Shown here: positions 16,751 to 27,434 of the stretch, piece after piece
Layout: every line of letters starts with the position of its first letter
Numbering within the stretch: position 1 is the first letter of the stretch
IMG/VR virus record: IMGVR_UViG_3300021197_000131
Location: 1 to 55,166 of that record
Source: a virus
Lineage: Duplodnaviria > Caudoviricetes
Reading direction: 5' to 3' (one strand)
Length of the DNA: 55,166 nt
The notes under the pieces: generated by a model
The model's input: only the letters and a program-made list of their open reading frames with translations
What the model was told of the DNA's origin: nothing
The model's database searches: none
Made by a program: the position numbers and the translations under genes

Positions 16751-17516
16751 ATACGTAGATGGCTTAGGCTTGCGTGATGGCGAAAGCTATAGAGGCAACT
16801 GCCCTGAGTGCCGTGGTAAGAATACCTTCACTGCATACAACGACTATGGTACACTCAAGTACAACTGCTTCAAGCTGATGTGCAAGGTGGGTGGGCTATA
16901 CAACACAGACATGACAGCAGCAGAGATAATGATGCGGCTATCACCTAGACAGGAAGAGCCTGAGAAAGAAGTAGAGACTATGGAAATACCTGCCTACATG
17001 GTACAACCTAACACAGAACACCCAGAGTTTCACAGATTTGTTAAGCGTTGGGGTTTACCTACGGATGATCTTATGTATGACCTAGTGCAGCAGCGTGTAG
17101 TGTTTCCTATACGACACAAGGGGCGTATCATTGATGCTGTAGGTAGAGCAGTGGGTGTAAAGAAACAACCTAAGTGGTATCGCTACACAGGTAAGGCAGG
17201 ATACTACACCAGTGGTACAGGTAGCACTGCTCTTATAGTAGAGGATGTAGTGTCAGCTATTGTAGCAGCGCAGGAAGTACCTGACATCACAGGTATAGCT
17301 ATTCTAGGTACATCACTTACACCTAAGCACATGGAGAAAATATCTGAGTATGATAATATAATTATTGCACTTGATCCAGACGCAGTATATAAGACCATAG
17401 AGTATCGCAGAGAGATAGAGTTATGGACAGGAACAAAGACCATAGCTATGAATGTGTCTGATGATATTAAGTATCGCAGACCAGAGGATATAACTAAATT
17501 GAAAGGCTTGGTATGA
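16731..17516 (+). CDS. DNA primase
   Basis: Zn ribbon CPEC...C...C; TOPRIM VEDVVSA, LGT, LDPDA. Confidence 0.88.
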   Translation: MRMNIREYVDGLGLRDGESYRGNCPECRGKNTFTAYNDYGTLKYNCFKLMCKVGGLYNTDMTAAEIMMRLSPRQEEPEKEVETMEIPAYMVQPNTEHPEFHRFVKRWGLPTDDLMYDLVQQRVVFPIRHKGRIIDAVGRAVGVKKQPKWYRYTGKAGYYTSGTGSTALIVEDVVSAIVAAQEVPDITGIAILGTSLTPKHMEKISEYDNIIIALDPDAVYKTIEYRREIELWTGTKTIAMNVSDDIKYRRPEDITKLKGLV

Positions 17517-18256
17517 TTACAGTAACACATATAGACCACATGGGCAGTGATCTGTCTGTCGTTAATGCAGCTAGGGTATCCTTTGGTAAGAAGGCTGATT
17601 GGAAACACCCCTCTATTGGTCAGGAGTCTGGCCTGTCTGATCGTGACACCAAGCTAGTGTACTACCTAGCAAAGCACAAACATATGTCACCCTTTGGTCA
17701 TGCCTTTGCTACCTTCCATGTCAAAGCACCTGTGTTTGTGGCACGTCAGCTAGTCAAGCATAAGTTCTTACGTTGGAATGAGATTAGCCGTAGGTATGTG
17801 GACAGTGAACCTGAGTTCTATCTACCTGACGTATGGCGTGGACGCAGTGAAGACAAGAAGCAGGGCAGTGAAGGTGAGGTGAAGATTGAAGACTATAAGA
17901 TTGAACTAGCCTTTTCAAAACCAAACACAGGTAAAGCTGTAGCAGCCTCTAAAGAGCCACCTCATCAATGGAATACATACGATCAGATAGAGGACGATTA
18001 CGCAGGGTTAATGGTTTTATATACAGGTCTTCTTGACATGGGCGTCTGCCCAGAGCAAGCACGTATGGTGTTGCCCCAAAGCACCATGACTGAGTGGTAC
18101 TGGTCAGGGTCACTAGATGCCTTCTCTGATATGTGCCTACTGCGTTGTGCCAGTGACACTCAAGCTGAGACACAAGAGGTAGCTAATCAAATCAGCCTCA
18201 AGATGCATGAGTTATTTCCTGTGTCGTGGATGGCACTTGGTACAGGGAGACATTAA
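17513..18256 (+). CDS. thyX: FAD-dependent thymidylate synthase
   Basis: VVNAARVSF, HMSPF, RQLVKH...NEISRRY, EQARMVLP. Confidence 0.95.
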   Translation: MITVTHIDHMGSDLSVVNAARVSFGKKADWKHPSIGQESGLSDRDTKLVYYLAKHKHMSPFGHAFATFHVKAPVFVARQLVKHKFLRWNEISRRYVDSEPEFYLPDVWRGRSEDKKQGSEGEVKIEDYKIELAFSKPNTGKAVAASKEPPHQWNTYDQIEDDYAGLMVLYTGLLDMGVCPEQARMVLPQSTMTEWYWSGSLDAFSDMCLLRCASDTQAETQEVANQISLKMHELFPVSWMALGTGRH

Positions 18257-18462
18257 TGCCGTATGTAGTAGAGATTGAGATTGAACTAGGCGAGTTTACC
18301 TATGTCCGTAAGGAGAACCCTTGGACAGAGGATCACAAAGTGTGGGTGTTCAACAACAAAAACGAAGCAGAAGAGGAAGCTAAGAGATGGAACACAGGAA
18401 GAGTTGTTCCTTATATAAGGCCAATGTCTAAGAGCGTAACCCAAAGATCAAAGGATAAGTAG
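18256..18462 (+). CDS. Hypothetical protein
   Basis: TAATG-coupled start at 18256. Confidence 0.65.
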   Translation: MPYVVEIEIELGEFTYVRKENPWTEDHKVWVFNNKNEAEEEAKRWNTGRVVPYIRPMSKSVTQRSKDK

Positions 18463-18463
18463 T

Positions 18464-18736
18464 ATGTTTACTGTTGAGTTTGAACCAGACGCATCTATAA
18501 TATGTAGCCTTGATGAAACCGGGAAGCATGAGGACGTTGAAGTTATCATAGGTGATGATGCTGTGGTATATATACGTCAGTGGGATACAGATTTTGAGGC
18601 ATATCAAATGTTGATCTTGACATACCAACAGCTACTGGATATAACTGCATCCCTTAGTACACCAGAGGGTATGCACAGACTAATGAGAGGAAGACAATAT
18701 GATGGAACTGGCCTTGGTCAAAACTCTACTAAGTAG
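18464..18736 (+). CDS. Hypothetical protein
   Basis: 90-aa ORF in the operon. Confidence 0.7.
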   Translation: MFTVEFEPDASIICSLDETGKHEDVEVIIGDDAVVYIRQWDTDFEAYQMLILTYQQLLDITASLSTPEGMHRLMRGRQYDGTGLGQNSTK

Positions 18737-19925
18737 AGACTTCTATGATCAACACAAAGGTATACGGTGTCCCGACAAGATATTCACTAAGGATGTCCGT
18801 AAGATAAAGCAAGCACTAGACGCAGCTATGGAAGCATATGATGGAGACTTGTCTGCAGATGATTTACAGGCAGTGTTCAACCGTATGAACCAGAGCATGA
18901 CAACAGCCACACGTACAGCATACGACGATTTATTCAGACGTATCAGTAACGCACAACCAATCAAGGACGAGATAGCAGAGGACACATTGTCTCAGTTGTT
19001 TCAGCAACACGTAGGTGATCGTGTAGCTAACCTTGGCTTTGACTTTGTGAACGGTACAGAGAATAGTCTTGAGCCGCTACGTAGATTACTAGAGGATTAC
19101 AAAGATGACTTTACTCCTAATCTCCGTGTTGAGTGGGATGACATTAGCATTGACACACTACTTACTGCCAACGATCTTGAAACCCAATGGAAGTTTAACA
19201 TTCCAAGTCTCCGTAGGAAGGTGGAAGGCGTTAGCGGTGGTCATCTGTTGTTGGTCGGCGCTCGTCCCAATACTGGTAAGACTTCTTTTCACGCATCCCT
19301 TATAGCAGGGGCAGGTGGTTGGGCATCTCAAGGTGCTAAGTGTATTGTGTTGTGTAATGAAGAGAGTTATGAACGTGTAGGCTCACGCTACCTAAGTGCT
19401 GCATGTAACATGAACATGGATGAGGTGCGTCAGAATGTCGCATTAGCACGTAGTAGATATGAACCTGTGCGTAAGAACATACGTATCAAGGATAGCACTA
19501 ACAAAGATATGCAATGGGTTGAGGCTATTGTTAAGAATGAGAAGCCTGACATTGTAGTGCTAGACATGGGCGATAAGTTTGCTACAAAGAACACAGACAA
19601 GTCAGACATATATCTCAAGGATGCTGCAATACACGCACGTAACATTGCAAAACAGTATGATTGTTGTGTGATCTGGATGTCACAGTTATCTGCTGTAGCA
19701 GAAGGTAAGGTGTTTGTTGATCAGTCTATGATGGAAGGAAGTAAGACAGGCAAGGCAGCAGAGGCAGACCTAATGGTGTTAATATCTAAGAACCCTATGG
19801 TAGAAGGTGCAGAGGAAGGAGACACACAACGGCACTTGAACATAGCAAAGAATAAACTAAAGGGTGGATACCATGGGGTCATTCACTGTGAGTTGGACGG
19901 TGGTAGATCACTATACACTGCATAG
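18699..19925 (+). CDS. DnaB-like (SF4) replicative helicase
   Basis: Walker A GARPNTGKT, VVLD, MSQL, EADL, IAKNK. Confidence 0.92.
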   Translation: MMELALVKTLLSRDFYDQHKGIRCPDKIFTKDVRKIKQALDAAMEAYDGDLSADDLQAVFNRMNQSMTTATRTAYDDLFRRISNAQPIKDEIAEDTLSQLFQQHVGDRVANLGFDFVNGTENSLEPLRRLLEDYKDDFTPNLRVEWDDISIDTLLTANDLETQWKFNIPSLRRKVEGVSGGHLLLVGARPNTGKTSFHASLIAGAGGWASQGAKCIVLCNEESYERVGSRYLSAACNMNMDEVRQNVALARSRYEPVRKNIRIKDSTNKDMQWVEAIVKNEKPDIVVLDMGDKFATKNTDKSDIYLKDAAIHARNIAKQYDCCVIWMSQLSAVAEGKVFVDQSMMEGSKTGKAAEADLMVLISKNPMVEGAEEGDTQRHLNIAKNKLKGGYHGVIHCELDGGRSLYTA

Positions 19926-19934
19926 GACGTAGAC

Positions 19935-21983
19935 ATGAGACTTGTATTAGATGTTGAGAACAGCGTCACATGGCGTGATGGTAAGATACACAACGATCCC
20001 TTTGAACCTAACAATACTCTTACACAGGTGGGGATTGTCAATGCAGATAACAAAGAAGAGTTACATATTGTAACACTTGATCATGTAGAACATAAGGATG
20101 TGTCTGGCTCTGGTAGAAAACTTATTCAAGACATCCTTGACATGACTACCCTTTTGATTATGCACAATGCTAAGCATGATCTGATGTGGCTGTGGGAGTG
20201 CGGCTTTAAATATGAAGGAGCTATATATGACACTATGTTAGCAGAGTACATACTGGCAAGAGGACAGAAGATACCTGTCAGCTTATCGGCTTGTGCTATC
20301 CGTAGAAACTTAGCAGAGCAGAAAGAGGACTACTTATCTGCCTGTCTAAAGAAAGGGATAAACACAAATGAAACCAATCTATCTCAGCTTAGCCTTTATC
20401 TTAGGCATGATCTGCTCACAACTTGTGAGTTGTTCCACAGTATCGAATCAGACTATTCCAAACCAGAATCAGAGTCCCTTGCTGCCGTCAAACGTGTCAC
20501 CTTCGACACATGCAGAACCCTCACAGAGTTGTACATGCAAGGAGTCAAGGTTGATCTTTCGGAGCTTGGGCGAGTAAAGGAAGAGTTTGAAAGAGAGAAA
20601 GCAGACATAGAAGACAGACTACAAAAGAAGATACGTGGGCTTATGGGTGACACACCTATCAATGCTAACTCACCAGAGCAGATGTCTCAGGTAGTTTTCA
20701 GTAGACGTATACACAACAAGAAGGAGTGGGCAGACCTATTTAATTTTACTGAAACACCTGCAGAGTTCAAGGCTGCTGTGAAAGCAAACAGTTCTACTAT
20801 CTACAAGACAAAGGCGTTTACCTGCCCTGTCTGTAATGGGCAAGGAAAAACGTATAAAGTAAGGAAGGATGGAACAAAGTATGCAAGACCCAATAAATGT
20901 AAGGCGTGTGACGCAAGAGGCTACCAACTAAAGGAGACTAATCAAGTAGCAGGTCTGCGTTTTTCTGCCCCTAGCAAGAAGTGGACAAGCAACCATGGGT
21001 TCAGCACAGGAAAGAGTAACTTAGATGTACTCATGGCTACTGCAAAGAACAACAACATGCAGGATGCCGCAGACTTTCTGGCTGACCTAAAGCGTTTGTC
21101 TGCTGTCAGCAGTTACCTGTCTTCGTTTGTTGAGGGTATTGCTACTAACACCAAGGAAGATGGTAGGCTTCACGTACAGCTTACGCAACACATCACTGCA
21201 ACAGGAAGGTTTAGTGGTAAGCAACCCAACATGCAGAACATGCCAAGAGGTAACACATTCCCTGTTAAGAAAGTATTTGTGTCTCGTTGGGATGGCGGCT
21301 ACATATGCGAGGCTGACTTTGCTCAGCTTGAGTTTCGTACCGCAGCATTCTTAGCACAGGACAAGGTTGCTATGGAAGAGATTGATACAGGGTTTGATGT
21401 ACACAGCTACACTGCCAAGGTTATCAGTGATGCAGGGCAACCTACGTCACGTCAAGATGCCAAAGCTCATACCTTCGCACCTCTCTTTGGTGCTACTGGA
21501 TACGGTAGGTCTAAGGCTGAGCAATCGTACTACACACACTTCATTGAAAAGTATAAAGGTGTAGCAGCGTGGCACAAGGACTTAGGCAACCAAGCACTAC
21601 GTCTAAACAAGATCACCAGTAAGTCAGGTAGGCAGTATGCTTTCCCTGATGTAACACGAAGAGCAAACGGATCACCGTCACACTTCACTATGATCAAGAA
21701 CTATCCAGTGCAGGGCTTTGCTACTGGTGATGTTGTCCCGGTTGTTCTAAATGAAATGCACAAACGCCTAGAGAATATGCACTCATGTTTGGTAAACACA
21801 GTACATGATTCAACCGTGATTGATGTGCATCCAGAAGAGAAAGATCAGGTACTACAAATCGTACAAGACTTAAACGATAATCTAGTTGAGTTGATAGAGG
21901 AAGCCTATAACATTACTATGAATGTACCTCTATTATTAGAGGCTAAGATAGGCCCGAATTGGCTTGACACGGTGGACGTTTAG
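19935..21983 (+). CDS. polA: Family A DNA polymerase with 3'-5' exonuclease and DnaJ-type Zn-finger insert
   Basis: Exo LDVE and HNAKHD; TGRFS; motif A DFAQLE; motif B RQDAKAHTFAPLFG; motif C VHDS; CPVCNGQG...CKACDARG. Confidence 0.95.
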   Translation: MRLVLDVENSVTWRDGKIHNDPFEPNNTLTQVGIVNADNKEELHIVTLDHVEHKDVSGSGRKLIQDILDMTTLLIMHNAKHDLMWLWECGFKYEGAIYDTMLAEYILARGQKIPVSLSACAIRRNLAEQKEDYLSACLKKGINTNETNLSQLSLYLRHDLLTTCELFHSIESDYSKPESESLAAVKRVTFDTCRTLTELYMQGVKVDLSELGRVKEEFEREKADIEDRLQKKIRGLMGDTPINANSPEQMSQVVFSRRIHNKKEWADLFNFTETPAEFKAAVKANSSTIYKTKAFTCPVCNGQGKTYKVRKDGTKYARPNKCKACDARGYQLKETNQVAGLRFSAPSKKWTSNHGFSTGKSNLDVLMATAKNNNMQDAADFLADLKRLSAVSSYLSSFVEGIATNTKEDGRLHVQLTQHITATGRFSGKQPNMQNMPRGNTFPVKKVFVSRWDGGYICEADFAQLEFRTAAFLAQDKVAMEEIDTGFDVHSYTAKVISDAGQPTSRQDAKAHTFAPLFGATGYGRSKAEQSYYTHFIEKYKGVAAWHKDLGNQALRLNKITSKSGRQYAFPDVTRRANGSPSHFTMIKNYPVQGFATGDVVPVVLNEMHKRLENMHSCLVNTVHDSTVIDVHPEEKDQVLQIVQDLNDNLVELIEEAYNITMNVPLLLEAKIGPNWLDTVDV

Positions 21984-21993
21984 GTGTATAACT
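21964..21993 (+). promoter_or_regulatory. Sigma70-type promoter upstream of SSB
   Basis: TTGACA-N17-TATAAC with TG extension. Confidence 0.7.
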
Positions 21994-22025
21994 AAGGCTC
22001 TTTAACTCTATAGAAAGGTATAGAA

Positions 22026-22907
22026 ATGAGTACAGAACTAGCAGTAGCAGCAGAACGAGGACAGTCCATGGCTGAGCTAATGGGCGTGTCTGCAGGTGGT
22101 GGCAGTAGTGAAAGCACACCATCAATCTCACGTGTAGGCATGATCCATCAGCCTGTCATGGGTGAGGTAGACTTCAATGGTAAGACTATCAAGACAGAGG
22201 TGCTACCTATTGGAACATTCACCCTAAAGAAGGGTGATGATATTATCTACAGTAACGGTATTACTCTGCGTATATTTGCTCAGCGTAATCAGTGGCAGCG
22301 TTGGAACAGTGCATCAGAAGAGATGGAAAAGTCTGTGCTGTCTAACTCTCTTAATGGAGACTTGAAGGACAGCGTTGGTGGTTTCAATCTTGGTAGACCA
22401 TCAGGTTATATCGAAGACTTTCAAGCGTTGCCTGATGCTATGAAGCAAGTCATTCGTTCAGTCAAGCGTGTCGTAGTTTACTTTGGTACAGTCACACTAG
22501 ACAATCCTGTAGATGAAAATGGTCAGCCTGTATCAGGTGACTTTACTGATGTGCCTATTGTTATGGATGTAAAGAACCGTGATAGCTTGAAGAGTATCAA
22601 TGGTGTATTAGGCAGTCTCAAGTCTAAGAACCTATTACCTATCATGTCAACTATCAAACTAAGCGGTGTAGAAGATAGCATTCCAACAGGTGCTACCTTT
22701 GGTAAGATTAGTGCTGCCCTTGGTGACAAGGTAGACATCTCTGACCATGACAACGATACACTGCGTGACTTTGTAGAGCTTATTGAGTACATGAACGGTA
22801 AGGTTCTTGACTTACACAATGAGCGAAATGATGATGCTCTAAGTACAGAAGATGCCAGTATGGTAAAGGACATCATTAACAATGACTTCGTGGATGTAGA
22901 CGAATGA
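22026..22907 (+). CDS. Putative single-stranded DNA-binding protein
   Basis: Position after PolA, own promoter, acidic C-terminus (DFVDVDE). Confidence 0.6.
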   Translation: MSTELAVAAERGQSMAELMGVSAGGGSSESTPSISRVGMIHQPVMGEVDFNGKTIKTEVLPIGTFTLKKGDDIIYSNGITLRIFAQRNQWQRWNSASEEMEKSVLSNSLNGDLKDSVGGFNLGRPSGYIEDFQALPDAMKQVIRSVKRVVVYFGTVTLDNPVDENGQPVSGDFTDVPIVMDVKNRDSLKSINGVLGSLKSKNLLPIMSTIKLSGVEDSIPTGATFGKISAALGDKVDISDHDNDTLRDFVELIEYMNGKVLDLHNERNDDALSTEDASMVKDIINNDFVDVDE

Positions 22908-23770
22908 ACCATCCTGCAGAACTAAAGGTCTTCAACTTCTTACAGAAGGCCATGGCAGGTGAAGCAACAATGACAGAAGAGGTGGCCCAACAGGTCGCCT
23001 CTGATGTTAAGACTGCTATGGATAAGCAGTTCAACTCAGGTCCACGTGGAGACTTTCGTTTACGTATGTCTAATATAGGTAAGCCTAAGTGTCAGCTATG
23101 GTTTGAGAAGAACGATCCAGAAGATAAGAAGCCTTTCCCACCACACTTCCTAATCAACATGATCTTAGGTGATATAGTTGAGGCTGTGTTCAAAGGACTA
23201 CTACGCTCAGCAGATGTAGAGTTTAAGGATAACGATACCGTCACACTAAAGCTACCTCATGGTCAGGAGATCAAAGGTGAGTATGACATGGAAATGGATG
23301 GCAAGATTGATGATGTGAAGTCTGCGTCACCTTGGTCATACAAGAATAAGTTTGCATCCTTTGATGCGCTGCAACAAGGCGACAGCTTTGGCTATGTGTC
23401 ACAGCTTGTAGGCTACGCTACTGCAGCACAGAAGGGTGTAGGTGGTTGGTGGGTAGTCAACAAAGCAAACGGAGAGTTCAAGTATGTGGACGCATCTGAG
23501 GTAGATCAGCAAGAGGTTATAAACAACATACAAGAGACAGTAGATTACATAGATAGTGGTGCTAGTTTCACACGTTGCTTTAATCCTGTACCAGAGACAT
23601 TCTATCGTAAGCCTACTGGAAACATAGTGCTTCCTTCTGCTTGTAAGTGGTGTGACTTCAAACACAAGTGCCACCCTACCTTACAAACACTACCAAGTAG
23701 GATGTCTAAAGCAGCTAACCCACCAGAAGTAGATTATGTATTCATAGGAGATGAAGGTGCGGCGGCATAA
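22904..23770 (+). CDS. PD-(D/E)XK (Cas4-like) exonuclease
   Basis: RMSNIGKPKCQLW, GEYD...DDVKS, QLVGY, C-terminal CKWC...C. Confidence 0.85.
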   Translation: MNHPAELKVFNFLQKAMAGEATMTEEVAQQVASDVKTAMDKQFNSGPRGDFRLRMSNIGKPKCQLWFEKNDPEDKKPFPPHFLINMILGDIVEAVFKGLLRSADVEFKDNDTVTLKLPHGQEIKGEYDMEMDGKIDDVKSASPWSYKNKFASFDALQQGDSFGYVSQLVGYATAAQKGVGGWWVVNKANGEFKYVDASEVDQQEVINNIQETVDYIDSGASFTRCFNPVPETFYRKPTGNIVLPSACKWCDFKHKCHPTLQTLPSRMSKAANPPEVDYVFIGDEGAAA

Positions 23771-24182
23771 TAAAAGAATGTATCGCAGTGGCCTTGAAGA
23801 AGAGGCTGCTGCTTTCTTAAAGGCTAGACAGAAGGTAGTATCATATGAAAAGTTAAAGATAGAATGGGAAGACCTAAAGTACAGAACTTACACACCAGAC
23901 TTTGAGTTAGACAACGGTATCATCATAGAGACTAAGGGTATCTTTAGTGCGGCAGATCGTCGCAAGCATATTGAAATACAGAGACAGCACCCTAGCTTAG
24001 ATATTAGATTTGTATTTAGTAATGCTAAGGCTAAACTATACAAGGGTGCTAAGTCTAGATACTGTGATTGGTGTGATACTAAAGGTTTTCAGTGGGCGCA
24101 CCGTATCATACCCGAAGAGTGGTTAAAAGAAAAGGGTAAGAGAATGAAAGAGCAGCGTGTAAAGGTAAACAGGAGAGACTAA
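23751..24182 (+). CDS. T7 endonuclease I-like resolvase
   Basis: YRSGLE, YTPDF, IETKG, DIRFVF, YCDWC. Confidence 0.92.
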   Translation: MKVRRHNKRMYRSGLEEEAAAFLKARQKVVSYEKLKIEWEDLKYRTYTPDFELDNGIIIETKGIFSAADRRKHIEIQRQHPSLDIRFVFSNAKAKLYKGAKSRYCDWCDTKGFQWAHRIIPEEWLKEKGKRMKEQRVKVNRRD

Positions 24183-24532
24183 TGGATATTAATGCAGGTG
24201 AAGTAGCTATTATCTTACGCCCCATGGAAGATGATAAAGGTAAATGGACAGGAGAGTTAAAGACAGGCATTATGTTTGGCGATGAACGAATGCCTGATGG
24301 TATGAGAGCAGCACTAGATGTGGCACTTACTATGGCATCAGCACAGTTCTTCTTAGAAGATAACCCGGAGTACTTGGAAGAGTTTGATTACCACAGGTCT
24401 GAGATACTAAGGGATATATTTCCTGACTTCTTTGCAGAAGTAGAAGCAGAGATAGAAGAAGAGAATAAGATTGCACGTGATGGCAACATAATCAAGTTAA
24501 ACAAGTGGACAAAGACAGAAGGTAGTGCATGA
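24182..24532 (+). CDS. Hypothetical protein
   Basis: 116 aa, coupled at both ends. Confidence 0.75.
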   Translation: MDINAGEVAIILRPMEDDKGKWTGELKTGIMFGDERMPDGMRAALDVALTMASAQFFLEDNPEYLEEFDYHRSEILRDIFPDFFAEVEAEIEEENKIARDGNIIKLNKWTKTEGSA

Positions 24533-24756
24533 CTGATCCAGTAAACAATCCAGTACATTACAATCAAGCAGGTATAGAATGCATTGATGCTATAGAAGCT
24601 ATGACAGAGAATATGTCAGGTGCTATTGCACCACAGGCAGCAAACGTACTCAAGTACATGTGGCGCTGTGAATACAAGAATGGCTTAGAGGATATAGACA
24701 AAGCTATCTGGTATCTCAATAGGCTACGTAAGCGTTGGGTGGAGACACACAAATGA
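24529..24756 (+). CDS. DUF3310 (T7 gp1.7-like) protein
   Basis: DPVNNPVHY...IECIDAI...NVLKYMWR...KNGLEDIDKAIWYL. Confidence 0.88.
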   Translation: MTDPVNNPVHYNQAGIECIDAIEAMTENMSGAIAPQAANVLKYMWRCEYKNGLEDIDKAIWYLNRLRKRWVETHK

Positions 24757-24923
24757 AGCGTAAGTTCAGCGTAACATACATAATGGAAGTAGATGAGTAC
24801 AACAATATCCTATCATCATTTGAGGACAACCATGAGGAAGATGTACATGATCTTATCGTAGATATAATGTATGACGTTGATGATATTAAAGTATACAATC
24901 TAGTAGTGAAGGAAAGAGGATGA
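24753..24923 (+). CDS. Small acidic hypothetical protein
   Basis: ATGA-coupled start at 24753. Confidence 0.65.
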   Translation: MKRKFSVTYIMEVDEYNNILSSFEDNHEEDVHDLIVDIMYDVDDIKVYNLVVKERG

Positions 24924-25282
24924 TTACACAGGAAGACATTGACGCATTTCAGCGTTTCAATGAGGTAGCAATGGACATGAGTGAGTACCAAGACGTTGCA
25001 TCAGATACAGCTATCTACCCACCAGAGCATGAGATTATTTATCCTGCACTTGGTCTAGCTGCAGAGGCAGGTGAGGTAGCTAATAAAGTAAAGAAGATTT
25101 TACGTGATGATGCGTTTGATAAGGACGCTATTGCAGACGAGGTAGGTGATTGCCTCTGGTATATTGCGGCACTGTGTCGTGACTTGAGGGTTGACCTGTC
25201 AGAGGTGGCCTTTAATAATCTAAAGAAGTTACAAGATCGTAAGCAACGTGGTAAGCTACAAGGAAACGGAGACAAAAGATGA
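24920..25282 (+). CDS. mazG: MazG-like nucleotide pyrophosphohydrolase
   Basis: LGLAAEAGEVANKVKK...DEVGDCLWY...NLKKL. Confidence 0.9.
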   Translation: MITQEDIDAFQRFNEVAMDMSEYQDVASDTAIYPPEHEIIYPALGLAAEAGEVANKVKKILRDDAFDKDAIADEVGDCLWYIAALCRDLRVDLSEVAFNNLKKLQDRKQRGKLQGNGDKR

Positions 25283-27213
25283 GCAACTTATTACCAACAG
25301 ACTATCAAGCATTTATACACAAATCACGTTACGCTAAATACTTTGATGGTAAGGGTCGTGAGAGTTGGAGTGAGACAGTAGGGCGCTACGTGGACCACGT
25401 AGTCAATGATGTTGTTATGAAACCTGAGCGACTAGACGAGGTAGATGATGTTACATTAAGTAGTGTTGTCCATGATATTGACGAGGCTATCTTGAACCTA
25501 GAGATTATGCCTAGCATGAGGGCAATGATGACAGCAGGGGCTGCATTTGCACGTGACAACACGGCAGGATATAACTGTAGTTACCTACCCGTAGATGATC
25601 CTAAGTCCTTCGACGAGGCTATGTTCATTCTCTTGTGTGGCACTGGAGTTGGGTTCAGTGTTGAGCGGCAGTTCATCTCTAAACTTCCCGAAGTCCCTGA
25701 GCTTTTCGACAGTGATACCACAATCGTCGTGAAGGATAGTAAAGAAGGTTGGGCTAAGGCTTTCCGTCAACTGTTAGCACTCCTATGGGCAGGGGAAATT
25801 CCTAAGTGGAACACGTCTTTGATTAGACCTGCAGGTGCGAGACTTAAAACGTTTGGTGGTCGGGCATCTGGTCCTGCTCCTCTGATTGAGTTGTTTAACT
25901 TTGCTGTAGCCACATTCAAGGGCGCACAGGGACGTAAGTTATCTTCTATGGAATGCCATGACCTAATGTGTTTCATTGGTCAGATCGTTGTTGTAGGCGG
26001 TGTACGCCGTAGTGCTATGATCTCCCTGTCCAACCTGAGTGATGATCGTATGCGTCATGCTAAGTCAGGTCAGTGGTGGGAGACTGCAGCACACAGGGCA
26101 TTGGCTAATAACAGTGTGTCTTACACAGAGAAGCCAGACATTGAAACGTTTATGCGTGAATGGACTGCGTTGATAGAAAGTAAATCAGGTGAGAGAGGTA
26201 TCTTTAATCGTGAAGCAAGTAAGAAGCAAGCTGCTAAGAATGGTCGGCGTAATTCAGACCAAGAGTTTGGGACTAATCCATGCAGTGAAATCATACTACG
26301 TCCGTACCAGTTCTGCAATCTTACAGAGGTGGTGGTACGAGCCACGGACACGGTTGATGACTTGGCTAGAAAGGTCAGACTCGCCACAATACTTGGGACG
26401 ATCCAAAGCACGTACACAAAGTTCCCCTACCTCAGAAAAATCTGGCAGAAAAACACAGAAGAAGAACGGCTCTTAGGTGTATCTCTGACAGGCATTATGG
26501 ACAACCCTCTAATGACAGCTAAGAATGCTGCGTTAGACAAAACATTGGAGCATCTAAGAAATGTCGCTATCACTACTAATGCTGAATGGGCTGAGCGCCT
26601 TGGTATCCCTGCTTCTGCTGCTATCACTTGCGTCAAACCTAGTGGCACTGTCTCCCAACTTGTTGATTCTGCTAGTGGTATACATGCTCGTCACAGCGAT
26701 TATTACATCCGTACAGTTAGGGGTGACAATAAAGACCCACTGACACAGTTTATGATTGACAGTGGCATACCTAACGAGCCTTGTGTGTTCAAGGGTGACA
26801 CTACAACTGTGTTTAGTTTCCCTGTTAAGTCACCTGATAATGCGGTAACACGTAATGATATGACTGCCATTGAACAATTAGATACGTGGCTTATGTATCA
26901 ACGTCACTGGTGTGAACACAAACCTAGTGTGACAATCTCTGTGCGTGACCATGAGTGGCTAGATGTAGGTGCATTCGTGTACCGACACTTTGATGAGATG
27001 TCAGGTGTGTCATTTTTACCACACTCAGATCATACATATCAGCAAGCACCATATCAAGACTGTACTAAAGAGCAGTATAAAGAGATGGCTGATCAGATGC
27101 CAGTGGCTATTGATTGGGCTGCACTAGGTACGTATGAGCATGAAGACAACACAGTAGCTATGCAGACAATGGCTTGCTCTGGGGATAGCTGTGAGATTGT
27201 GGACTTGGTATGA
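25279..27213 (+). CDS. nrdJ: Class II (B12-dependent) ribonucleotide reductase
   Basis: YNCS, TNPCSEI, FCNL, TCVKPSGT, C-terminal CSGDSC; no beta subunit gene. Confidence 0.92.
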   Translation: MSNLLPTDYQAFIHKSRYAKYFDGKGRESWSETVGRYVDHVVNDVVMKPERLDEVDDVTLSSVVHDIDEAILNLEIMPSMRAMMTAGAAFARDNTAGYNCSYLPVDDPKSFDEAMFILLCGTGVGFSVERQFISKLPEVPELFDSDTTIVVKDSKEGWAKAFRQLLALLWAGEIPKWNTSLIRPAGARLKTFGGRASGPAPLIELFNFAVATFKGAQGRKLSSMECHDLMCFIGQIVVVGGVRRSAMISLSNLSDDRMRHAKSGQWWETAAHRALANNSVSYTEKPDIETFMREWTALIESKSGERGIFNREASKKQAAKNGRRNSDQEFGTNPCSEIILRPYQFCNLTEVVVRATDTVDDLARKVRLATILGTIQSTYTKFPYLRKIWQKNTEEERLLGVSLTGIMDNPLMTAKNAALDKTLEHLRNVAITTNAEWAERLGIPASAAITCVKPSGTVSQLVDSASGIHARHSDYYIRTVRGDNKDPLTQFMIDSGIPNEPCVFKGDTTTVFSFPVKSPDNAVTRNDMTAIEQLDTWLMYQRHWCEHKPSVTISVRDHEWLDVGAFVYRHFDEMSGVSFLPHSDHTYQQAPYQDCTKEQYKEMADQMPVAIDWAALGTYEHEDNTVAMQTMACSGDSCEIVDLV

Positions 27214-27434
27214 CATACGTAGTTGTATCACGTAGCGAGTGTCCCTTCTGCACTATGGCTACAGAGTTACTAAAAGAAAAGGGGGTAGCATATACATGCT
27301 ACTCTCTAGAGTCCTCTCGTTGGGTGCTTGACCTGTTTAAGAAATCCAATATAACTACTGTGCCTCAGATATGGGATACAGAAGGGAATCATATTGGCGG
27401 TTACAAAGAACTAGAAAAACACATGAGGCTATAA
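27210..27434 (+). CDS. Glutaredoxin
   Basis: CPFC, TVPQI, HIGGY. Confidence 0.92.
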   Translation: MTYVVVSRSECPFCTMATELLKEKGVAYTCYSLESSRWVLDLFKKSNITTVPQIWDTEGNHIGGYKELEKHMRL

